Source: Octopus vulgaris (Eukaryota). From it: a stretch of 64,000 bases of DNA. Where the stretch lies: positions 83,576,001 to 83,640,000 of the forward strand of contig OX597818.1 in assembly GCA_951406725.2 (NCBI GenBank), read 5' to 3'. Shown here piece after piece: positions 53,496 to 64,000 of the stretch (positions within the stretch are counted from its first letter, which is position 1; the number at the start of each line of letters is the position of its first letter). The notes under the pieces were generated by a model that was not told the origin of the DNA, did no database searches, and worked only from the letters and a program-made list of their open reading frames with translations. Position numbers and translations under genes: made by a program.

Positions 53496-53848
53496 CAGGG
53501 GTTGGACAAAATAATAGCAACACCTAGCATCATAGCATCATAATTTTGAAATGTCTATAAAACCGTTTTTTGATTTATTATTAGTGTTGCTTAATGTGTT
53601 TCTAAAATTGCTGTTTCTTTTCAGATATCATCAGGAAAAAGTAATTAAAATTCAAAAAAAAACCACAGATCTCTCAGACTTTCAAAGAGGTCATTTTTTT
53701 TGGTGCTTTTTTAAGGCAGGCGCTAACGTAAAGAAAACAGCCGAAAAGTCTGGTGTATCAAGAAGTACTGTCTCGAAAGTAATGTCAACACTTGAGAAAG
53801 AGAGAAAAGCCTCCTCGACGAATCAAAACTCCGCGAAAAAACCAAAGT
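53496..53848 (+). mobile_element. Tc1-like DNA transposon, left end and transposase N-terminus (truncated)
   Basis: TA-CAGGGGTTGGACAAAATAAT TIR; TDLSDFQRG..AGANVKKTAEKSGVSRSTVSKVM..QNSAKKPK paired-like HTH plus GRPR-type motif. Confidence 0.85.
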
Positions 53849-54037
53849 TTGTCCTCTCTGTGTTTAGCCCATTGTGGGTAGCGAAGAAATAGGTATTTCG
53901 TCTGTCTTTACTTTCTGAGTTCAAATTCCACCGATGCCGATTTTGCCTTTAATCCTTTCGGGGTCCATAAATTAAGTACCTGTTACGCACCGGGGTCGAT
54001 GTAATCGACTTAATCCCTTTGTAATCGACTTAATCCC
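53848..54037 (+). mobile_element. SINE family B long-tail dimer junction fragment
   Basis: tttgtcctctctgtgtttagccc..aagaaataggtatttcgtctg..gagttcaaattcc. Confidence 0.85.
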
Positions 54038-54469
54038 TGCTAGTTCCCCCACTGATCCCTGTAACATCAAACACTACAGAAAAGGAGTGAAAATGTGTAA
54101 GTCGAACACTATTAAATAAGTGCCCGACTATGTGAGTGAACTTACAGCGAGTAACCAAAATCCGTTAAGTACCCACGACAGGCTACACCAGATTAGTGTG
54201 TCAAATGCCTTTATGAAGTTAATGATGACCACATACAGGCCATTTTCTGTTCCACACCTTCCTTCTGTATTTCAAAGAGAGTCAATATCCCAAATACATT
54301 GTGCTTCTTGGTTGTAACTAGGTCGAGTATCATGCAAAACTGCAGCGATTTTGATTCTCATTCTCTTGACCAACACTCTAGCGCGGTTATTTTCCATTGT
54401 AGTCTGAAATCCTCTTTAATTTATACGTTTTCTCATCTCATTTCTTGAATTTCAAGACAAAGGGAATCA

Positions 54470-54835
54470 TATTACGACGACGAGGGTTCCAGTTGATCCG
54501 ATCAACGGGACAGCCTGCTCGTAAAATTAACGTGCAAATGGCCGAGCACGCCACAGACACGTGTACTCATAACGTAGTTCCCGGGGAGATTCAGCGTGAC
54601 ACAGAGTGTGACAAGGCTGGGCCCTTTGAAATATATGTACAACAGAAACTGGAAGAAAGAGTGAGAGAAAGTTGTTGTGAAAGAGTACAGAAGGGTTCGC
54701 TACCAACAACTGCCGGGGCCTCGTGGAACGTTAGGTGCTTTTACTCAATAAACACAACGCCCGGTCTGGGAATCAAATCCGCGACTCTACAACCGTAAGT
54801 CCGCAGCGCTAACCACTGGGCCATTGCACCTCCAC
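54470..54835 (-). mobile_element. tRNA-derived SINE, family D
   Basis: Minus: gtggaggtgcaaTGGCCCAGTGGttagcgc..GGATTTGATTCCcagaccggg followed by a ~280-bp body. Confidence 0.7.
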
Positions 54836-55184
54836 GTGACAAACAATATTGAGTAAAGCATAGGGGCAACTTAAGGAACTACATATGGTGCAAAAGGAAG
54901 CTACGAAGCCACGTGAGGTAGTGGACAAATTGAGGAATGATGACTGGAGGAAGACTAAATTGCGGTAAACAATTAGACCGCGTCTGGTGCAAGGGGAGTC
55001 GCAAGACTATCTATGATAGAAGTCGAATTTTTGAAGTATTACTGTATTTGTGTGCTGACTGTATTTGCAATGCATTTCGGAAAATTACGAAAACATAGAT
55101 AAAATATAAAACAGAGGGATACAGAAATATAGGAATTACAAAGAGAAGATTTTGCTTGATAATTCATAGACTGTTAAAATATTT

Positions 55185-55395
55185 TCAAAATTTGGCACGA
55201 GGCCAGCAATTCCGTGGGTGAGTTTAAATCGATTGCATCGACCCCAGTGCTCAACTGGTACTTACTTTATAAACCCCGTAAGAATAAAGGACAAAGTCGA
55301 CTTCGGCGGTATTTGAAACCAGAAAGTAAAGAGGAACGAAATGGCGCTAAGCATTTTCCCCGGTATGCTAAAGATTCTGCCAGCTCCCCTCCCTT
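55185..55395 (-). mobile_element. SINE family B with decayed TSD
   Basis: Flanked by gactgttaaaatatt / gacagttaaaaaatt. Confidence 0.8.
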
Positions 55396-55809
55396 GAGAC
55401 AGTTAAAAAATTATCTGTCGTCGTTAAATTACCAAATACAGGCCACCTAAATTAACATTAATATCCTTACGCTTTAAACAATTCTTTTTACACGATGTAA
55501 AATATTTTGGAGTAGTATATTTGGCCAAGTTTTTCCTGAACATTGTTGCTGTTTCTGGTACGTTGAGGATCCAGGTAGAAATTTTAATTATTTTGTAATT
55601 AATATTGTCACACAGAATACTGTAATTAATTTCACTCTGGCGCATTATATTTACGGAATTGAAATCAACCGTATTTCACGTCATTGAAGCGTTCTTAAAT
55701 AATTTATTAAGTACACAGGATTCTAATGAAGAATACACACCTGCTGACTGAAATATGGTTTTTGAGAATTATTTGTCCTCTTGTTTTCACTCATTTGTTG
55801 TTTTTTTTA

Positions 55810-55990
55810 TCGGTTTCGAACACTAGAATACGGCCATGCTGTGGCAACATGCCTGTTTCAGTGACTACACTATAACCCCAGCAGTTACTTATTCTTTAAG
55901 ACTGGTACTTATTATATCGGTCTCTTTTACGGTGAAGTAAACAAACCAACACCGGTTGTCAAGCAGTGAAGAGTGACAAACACAAACACA
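55810..55990 (-). mobile_element. SINE family A 3' part (diverged)
   Basis: cggccatgctg..tacttatt..atcggtctcttt..ccggttgtcaagc. Confidence 0.65.
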
Positions 55991-56400
55991 TTCAAGAACG
56001 CACACACACACATGCACATATGGTTTTATCTGTGAGCTATGATGGTTGTTGCAAAATTACAACTCGATTTCCTTGTCTAAATACATTTACACAATCTACG
56101 AACAACTTCGAAATGTCTAATTTTCAGGCAATTGACATTCCCGAAAATGTATTAGATTCTACTGATCTTGTTAAACAGCCATTTTGTCATGACACAAATT
56201 ACAAATTCGAAACGACTATCCTGGGTTCGCCGATGAAGTGATCCCTGTTGGTTTCAAATGGATACAGTATTACATACCAGAAGGAAAAAAGGCTGTTACT
56301 TTATTCATATGCATCAAACAGCATCTAATGATCATATTAAAGTAAAGCACAAAGAAACTTTCTGCAGTTGTCAATAAAAGGTTTAATACTTACGGAAAAA

Positions 56401-56565
56401 TTCGTCTGTCTTTACGTTTTCGTTCTGAGTTCAAATTCCGCCGAGGTCTTCTTTACCTTTCATCCTTTCGGAATCGATAAATTAAGTACCAGTTGTGTAC
56501 TAGAATTGATCTAATCGACTGGCCCCTACCTCAAAATTTCGGACCATGTGCCTACAGTAGAAAAG
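56401..56565 (+). mobile_element. 5'-truncated SINE family B with a perfect 16-bp TSD
   Basis: aatacttacggaaaaa at 56385-56400 and 56566-56581. Confidence 0.9.
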
Positions 56566-56759
56566 AATACTTACGGAAAAAATTCTTTAAAATTTTTAGA
56601 ACTCATAAACAATTAGAATATCTAAAACGTTCTCTCAAATTTGAAAAATCTATTTTCCGATGAAATAAAGGTGTTGAAAGGATTCAATTTCCATACGCTG
56701 GTAAAAGTGAAGTAAACATTTTGAAAGGCAGGTAGATAAGCTGTGTAAAATATTTTTAA

Positions 56760-57345
56760 ATGTTGACATAAAGGCATTTCGTGTGGATAGGTGACCCATT
56801 GCTCAGCTGATTTTTATTTCATCGATCCCGAAAAGATGAAAGGTAAAGTCGACTTCAGCGGCTTGTGAACTCAGAGCGTAAGAACAGACGAAATGCTGCT
56901 AATAATTTTCTTTGGCGTGCTAACGACTCTGCCGGTTCACCGCCATAAAACCTGTCTAAAATATTCGTTTCAAAGTTTGACGCAAAGGAAGCAATTTCAT
57001 GGGAAGGGGTAAGACGATTATATTAACCTCAGTGCTTAACTGGTATTTAATTCATAGACCCCGAAAGGATAAAAAGCAAAGTCAACTACGGCGGTATTTG
57101 AACTCAGAATGTAAGGGCGGACGAAACGCCGCTAAACGTTTTGCCCAGAGTACTAACGATTCTGCCAGCTCACCGCCTTAAAACCTGTCTAAAATATTGG
57201 TTTCATATTTTGGCACACAGTTAATAGTTTCGGGGGAAAGAGCACATTGGCTCTAGTTCCTAACTGATACATATTTTATCGACCCCGAAAGACTGACATG
57301 CGAAATCCACCTTGGCGGAATTTGAAACCGGTCTAAAATATTGCA
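56760..57345 (-). mobile_element. Three tandem SINE family B copies
   Basis: Units are separated by the repeated aaaacctgtctaaaatatt. Confidence 0.8.
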
Positions 57346-58390
57346 TTTGAGCAATATTTCAAAAGGGGGTGGGTAAAACTTGTAGTTTCGATTCCAAGAA
57401 CACATGTTGCGCGATCGTCTAGAACAAAATAATTTCTATCATGTTACTCTGCTGCAGTTAGCTGTTAATGAGAAACCTTGCGAGGGACTGACTTCCAGTT
57501 CAGGAGCAGTATTGTAATTTTGATCACTTATATACCATTGAAATCAAGTAACAGGCCTTATGAAACTTAGAATTCGAGGTGTTATTGACGATTTTCAGCC
57601 ATTTTAGACAATCACATTTCCCGTATGTCAACATCATTGAATGAAGTAAAAGCAAATGATACGAGACATTTTTTTTCATTTGTATTACATTCAAAATACG
57701 ATTAGTCAGCAATGAATGATTTAAAACCAACTTTAGAACGGAAGAAAACACGAAGGTCAAATTATGCAGCGCATGATGTTATGGAAAGAACTTAACTCTC
57801 TACTTAAATCCATCATCTCCGACACCAAAATACAATTATCATGAAATTTATTTCAGTGTTCATGTCATTTTCTTCCTTTCCTTCAAGGAACTGTTCGACC
57901 TCGAGTCATACAAAATACATACAAATATCGAAAAACGTCTCCTCAGTTCGGCGAAAGGTGACGCCTTATAAGATGAAGATTTGAGAATTCTATAGAAAAA
58001 GTGCCATGTTGTTATTGATTCATTGTTTATACTTATTCTCTGACAAATCTGTACAGACAACAAAGTTTATCAAGAATTTTGAATAAAAGAGCTCTTTTTC
58101 TTTTTTGATGCAACTTGTATCAACGTAGGGCTTCGCCACATTTTATCTCAAGTAAATGAAGGCAATTAAAAAAGAGGGGAAAAAATAAGAATGAAGTCAC
58201 TGCCAAACAATTACTTCTGAAGTAAAATGTGATATTCTGCTTCAATATACGGAATGTACAGTCAATTAATATACGACAATTTTATAGATAACTACATAAA
58301 AACACATCACTATATAAGCTTGTATGTACAAATGTATTTCTATGCATGTCTAAACACGTGATTATCTAAGTATACATACATATACGCACA

Positions 58391-58453
<63 letters not shown>

Positions 58454-58944
58454 ATACGCACACGTACATACCTGCTACATAGATTACTGTTTTAGGTGAA
58501 AGAGCGGGTGCAGTTTGGGTGTGTGCATAAATTTTTTCTGTATTTCAAATACTATTTAACTATTTTTATTTTTTATTTTATAAACTCATCATTATGGCAA
58601 TCTAACCGTGATGTTTAAAATTCTTCGAATTCCAAGTATTTACTTTTGAAGTCAGGTAAAGAAGATTTTTAAATTAAGTGAAGAAAAGATTGTATTTTAA
58701 AGACTTTTTCATATTCCTTTTCCCTCCCCGGTAGTTGAAAAAAATATTATATTATGTAAAATATTAGAAAAAAAAATACAAATTTTATTTTAAAAAAATA
58801 ATTTGTTTCAAAGAATTTGAGGATTAGCTGGGGATTTTTTACCATGTAATTTCCATTTGATAAATACAAGGAAATAAAATTGGATTCAAAGAAAAAAATA
58901 CACACACACACACACATATATATATATATGTGTGTGTGAGTGTG

Positions 58945-59011
<67 letters not shown>

Positions 59012-60459
59012 GTGTGTATGTGTATATATGTGTGTGTGTATATATATGTGTGTGTGTGTATATATATATGTGTGTGTGTGTGTGTATATATATATGTGTG
59101 TATGTGTATATATGTGTGTGTGTATATATATGTGTGTACATATGCATGTATATACACACACGCACATACATATGTCTGTGTATATATTTATGTATGTGTG
59201 TATAGGCGCACACAAATTTATATGTACGTAGATGTACAAGGTTATCCCATTTTATTTCCAGATTGTGTCTGCGTTTGCATGTGTGCCTGTGTCTCAAAAT
59301 CCCAATAGGTATATACATAGCGTGAGGAGAGTACGCTGAATCATAGTTAAGAATTGAGTACTATTTGGGTGGAGAAATACCCCTAAAATTGCAATATAAT
59401 TACTCAGAAGTAGCGAACAGTATGTCATGCATGCCATGCTTTCTTACCTTAGAGCTGTACATATTAACAACTCCTATGTCATGGGGTGGTTCTAGCGAAA
59501 GTAACCGAACTATAGTCTCCTGATCCTTTGCTGAATTCTCAGAGAATGTTATATATTAATTTAGCCACTTGGACTTAGCAAAACCCTTGTCAATTCAACG
59601 GTGAAAATATACTGCCATGGGCAGCATCTTCTACTGATAACCATTATCTGCTTTGTTGACTTGGCAGTTAAGTTGTTTTGGTCGTGGAGCTTCGATCTGC
59701 TTACCCGTCAGCAATTACTTCTGCATCTTATCTAATCAAAATGGGGTGCTTGTTATTGGAAGAAGCAAAGTGATCGTTTCGGTCAGTGAGGCAGATATAT
59801 AATTGACCCTCTGAGAATATCATTTCACTATCATTATTCGGCTTCTCTGTTTTGTATGTATGTGTAAATTTTTTTTTGTTCTTTTTTTTCATATTTCCGT
59901 CCGGGAATGTGGAGAACTGGCCGCAGGTTTTTGAGAAGCTTACAGGTCAATGACGTCAACGCGATTGATGTTTTGATTAGATATATTAAGAAGGAAAAGC
60001 GTAGAGTGATGACGATGTAATTGGTCCTCCAAACTAAGGCATTTGCTTGGTAGCTATTTTATCGTGCCAGAAAGTGGAAGAAAGAGTAAAAGGGATGTAC
60101 CTTAATAAAATAAGGTATTTAATCTGAAACAGTACAGTGTGTGACAGAATCTTTATGAACTACGGTAATATAGATGTCTAAAATATATATCAACTTCGTA
60201 GGTCAATATATGATATCATACTTTAATATTGTCAGGACTGAGATCCTCGTTAACAGACCCCTGATATTAAATAGGATACTAAACATTTATAGCATTCCAA
60301 TGTTTCAGTTTTCTGTAGTAACTGGATTTCTTGACTATATTAACAGATTAGCTACTTATTTAACTGGTATAAGTCAAATGATAGCGACACAACTGAGGCG
60401 AAACCTAATATGGTTCGAAACTCACTTAACATTGCTCATTATTATTTTTTGGGAGATCC

Positions 60460-60652
60460 GTTAGCACCCCGGACTAAATGCTTCGCGGTATTTCGTCTGT
60501 CTTTTCGCTCTGAGTTCATATTCCTCCTAGGTCGACTTTGCCTTTTATTCTTTCGGAGATCGATGAAATAAGTACCAGTTCAGAACTGGGATTGATGTAA
60601 TCAACATAACCCCTTCGCCAAAATTTCAGGCCTTGTGCATATAGCAGAAAGG

Positions 60653-60708
<56 letters not shown>

Positions 60709-60712
60709 CATT
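60460..60712 (+). mobile_element. SINE family B ending in (ATT)n
   Basis: gttagcacc..ggtatttcgtctg..gtcgactttgcc..caggccttgtgc then (att)n. Confidence 0.85.
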
Positions 60713-60724
60713 CCTTTATTATTT

Positions 60725-61073
60725 TTTTGTTTCAGTATTTGACTGCAGCCATTCTGGAGCATCACCCTAAGTCGAGTAAATCGACCCCAGGACTTATTCT
60801 TTGTAAGCCTAGTAATTATTCTATCGGTCTCTTTGGCCGAACCGCTAAGTTACGGGGACGTAAACACACAAACATCGGTTATCAATCGATAGTGGGGTAA
60901 CAGACAGACACAAACATAAATATAAATCTCTCTCTATATATATGTGTGTGTGTGTATCTTTCAGTTTCCACTCACAAGACATTGGTCGGGCTGAGGATAT
61001 AGTGGAAGACACTGGCCCAAGGTGCCACGCAGTGGGCCTGAACTCGGAATCATGTGGTTGGGAAGCAAGCTAC
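60725..61073 (-). mobile_element. SINE family A
   Basis: Reverse complement of the family A pattern. Confidence 0.85.
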
Positions 61074-61311
61074 TGTAGCAACTGAGAGCTCCATTGACAG
61101 GCCTCAGTTATTAAATAAATTGTGAACATTACAACGTACAAATTAGTAGCTCCAATTCACTGAAGTTATTGGATTTGTTTAGTGTACAAACAGATTGGTC
61201 GCTTGTTTTAATGGAATTGATCGAGTGATGAAGAAACTTCTGATGAAATAACCCAATATCGTTCGAAAATCGATTAAGGCTCTTCAGAGTTCTTTAAATC
61301 TACGGAGAAAT

Positions 61312-61612
61312 AGATAAGTTTGCTTCCCAACCACATGGTTCCGGATTCAGTACCACTGCTTGGCACCTTAGGCAAGTGTCTTCTACTATAGCATCAGGCC
61401 GACCAAAGCTTTCTGAGTGGATTTGTCCCTAACCCACATACACACCATCTCTTGACAACCGACGCTGCTGTGTTTATTCCCCGTAGCATAGCAGTTCGGC
61501 AAAAAAAAAAGAACGATAGAATAAGTCCTGCGGTCGATTCCCTCAACTAAAACCCTTTAATGTGGTGCTTCAACACGGCCGCAGTTAAATTACTGAAACG
61601 AGTAAAAGAATA
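61312..61612 (+). mobile_element. SINE family A
   Basis: cccaaccacatggttccgg..ggcaccttaggcaagtgtcttctactatag..ggccgcagttaaattactgaaac. Confidence 0.85.
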
Positions 61613-61867
61613 AACGTATATTTCTTACATAGGTTACATATGTAAAGGCTATATGCTTTTGAGGTAGTGATATTTTAGCACATCGTCAACTGTACTTAAC
61701 TATCACTTATTTTATAAATTGCCAAAAAAATGGTGTCAGTAGCATTTCAAATTTGAGTATAAAGACAGTTTTAAATAACGCCAGACAGAGTACAACAGTT
61801 ATAACATATATTTATTATTACTCATCAAGTTAACATTACAAGTTGCTAGAATTTTTAGCTCACTGGA

Positions 61868-62005
61868 CAAATTCCGTCAAAGTTAACTTAGCCTTTCATC
61901 CTTTCGACGTCTAGAAAATAAGTATCATTTGAGCATTGGGGTCGATGCAATTGACTCGTTCTTCCTCTTAAAATGTCTAGCTTTATGACTACAGAAGAAA
62001 TAATT
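61868..62005 (+). mobile_element. SINE family B fragment (diverged)
   Basis: caaattccg..gcctttcatcctttcg..ggggtcgatg. Confidence 0.65.
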
Positions 62006-63227
62006 ATTACTCATCATGCTTATTAGTATCCAAAATGTGGTTAGCACTGTCGATTAGGGTCAAACAAATAGTGGTGAACGTAATCGTTAGGGGCATCCGA
62101 GAAAATGACATCGTTTGCACTTGTGAGTTCAAATCCAATCGATATTATCTTTGGCGTCCATTCTTCTGGAATCAAAAAATATATACTAGTCAAGTAGAGG
62201 GGTGCGATTTTATATTCCTTTAAATCTTTTAAACATGAATGGAATTATAAGGGACATATATTACATTTGTGTATTTTCAAATACATACATATGAGTCAAT
62301 GATTGACTATTTCATAAATATAATGTTATAATATACCTTAGAATATTATTTAATAAATATAATCGTGTGATGATATAAAAAAATGTTTAACATGATGAAC
62401 GCAACAAACGCATGGTTCAAGCTGTGTAAGATATGAAACAAGTGAGTCTTTAATACAAAAGAAATGAAAATATTATGAAATGAATATCAAACAATACATA
62501 TGTTTCACAAGAAGATTTTATAATTAAGTCCTTTAAGAACAGGTTGCACGTCTAATATCCTAATGAAGTTAGACAGGAGAGAAAGTGAGGCCGTGAACAT
62601 GAACTTATCTTGCTCTCTCAGTTTGATGATATTGATGAGGCTGATGGGTGCAGAAAAATTGGTATTCTGATCAGAAAGTCCCCCCAATTCTTAATAAGAG
62701 TTAACACTAATAAGGTAGTGGTACCTAAATGAGCAGTGTGCTAAGACTAGTAGCTAAGAGAGCAATTCAGTATCCAAAGACTCGTTGGAGAGTTTGAGGT
62801 TACCATATCAATGTTTGATTGATTAGGATTTGTTTGTTTCGGGTGAGTGGTTACATGAAATCGTGTCCCACCAAAAAACAGCTATGGCATCAGTATTGCT
62901 CTTTCAGCGACTTCAACTAGAAATGTCGTCTCTACTGAGAGATCACTTATGACTGCAACCGTCTGATTCCTATCATTTCTAAGCGATTCTTCTACTTTCC
63001 TAACTATACCGATATGTGTATGTGTGTATTTGTAGAAGGTTGCAAACTTTTGAGGTGGTGACACTTGAGTACATCGTGACCTGCACTTGATTATTACTTT
63101 ATAAACTGCACCCCTCTTACCCCAAAAATGTCATCAGTGGCATTTAAATTGGAGTATAAGAACAGTATTAAATACCACCAGGCAAATGTCTACGGCTCTG
63201 GCAAATGATTGTTATAACCCGTCATTA

Positions 63228-63291
63228 TAAGGCGGCGAGCTGTCAGAATCGTTAGATCTCCGCTGAAGTCGACTTTGCCTTTTATCCTTTC

Positions 63292-63292
<1 letters not shown>
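63228..63292 (+). mobile_element. SINE family B head fragment
   Basis: aaggcggcgagctgtcagaatcgttag..gtcgactttgcctttt. Confidence 0.75.
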
Positions 63293-63325
<33 letters not shown>

Positions 63326-64000
63326 TGTGTGCACGATGTCAAAAATATCCTGCAGAAGATTAGCAGAGTGTGGAGTTGATTTAAAGTAAATATTTTAAGT
63401 TTATTGTATTGGAAATTGCAAGATTCACGTCCCTGATTTTTGGGATTTATGCTGAATAGAGTAGGAAGAAAAAAATATTTGTAACAGAACATTTTGTTTC
63501 GATACTGAGTAAATTCACTACACCATGATCGCTAGAGCCCCTTTAAAAAAATATCCTTAAAACAAAGAGCGAATTGAGGTGAGCTGCACGATAAGGAGAG
63601 AGAATGGAAAAAAATATCTACAATAATTTACAAATTTATGTAGAAAAATGTGTTTGAATAGGAACATAATGAGTGTGAGCTATTAAAATTAATGAGTGAA
63701 GAATTCATGCGATTACATTGCAAACAAAACACATTAAAAATGTATATTCATTTCAAAGCGTTAATTCGAAAATGTATATAAGCTCTAGCGAGGATTCATC
63801 CGTTGAAAATGTGTGTCGAAAATTTCGTTTGTGTGAGTGATGGTCAAACAGGATTGTATTAAAATAATTGAATTAAATATTCATGCAACTGAATTATAAA
63901 TGAGATACCTTAACAATGAAAATTCTTTTAAAGGATATATATGTTACAATGTGCATGTGTGTGCGTGTGTATATGTGTGTATACAATAGAGATTTTTGAC

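Noticed and set aside
56128-56241. Possible host exon after ttttcag
   Set aside because: No homology or partner exons; such acceptor-like sites are common in AT-rich DNA.
60390-60430. ctgaggc-gaaacc/ggttc-gaaac HHR-like motif
   Set aside because: The core is altered and there is no stem III/NUH or stem I; too degenerate to call.
62500-63010. Possible PLE RT remnant on the minus strand (also 20960-21200 +)
   Set aside because: Only vague motif resemblance by eye; needs a profile search.

Overview
Animal genomic DNA that is very AT-rich and saturated with repeats. I can support no host protein-coding gene, rRNA or true tRNA, and the long 'YIYI/THTH/VCVC' ORFs are microsatellite artefacts. The repeat complement resembles an octopus (coleoid cephalopod) intron or intergenic region; this is inferred from recalled SINE families and was not verified. 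The window contains: (i) two abundant tRNA-derived SINE families (A, CORE-like; B) plus three rarer tRNA-headed elements; (ii) decayed non-LTR retrotransposons (a near-complete RTE at 35.1-37.7 kb, other RTE pieces, a CR1-type 3' end, and two convergent R4/Dong-type fragments); (iii) Tc1/mariner remnants and a mariner-derived MITE family; (iv) decayed Penelope-like (PLE) GIY-YIG coding remnants; (v) very long (TA)n tracts. The main signal is a set of short non-coding elements with largely unrelated sequences, mostly beside (TA)n tracts and often arranged as fold-back inverted repeats. They carry type I hammerhead ribozyme (HHR) motifs (CUGANGA...GAAAC..GUH) with long stem II and minimal or palindromic stem III. 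They cluster at 8.4-13.3 kb and include a 436-nt near-perfect palindrome with one HHR per strand. A tRNA-promoter-headed, SINE-like element with an HHR in its 3' half lies at 28.46-28.75 kb. All alignments and folds were done by eye, so boundaries are approximate.
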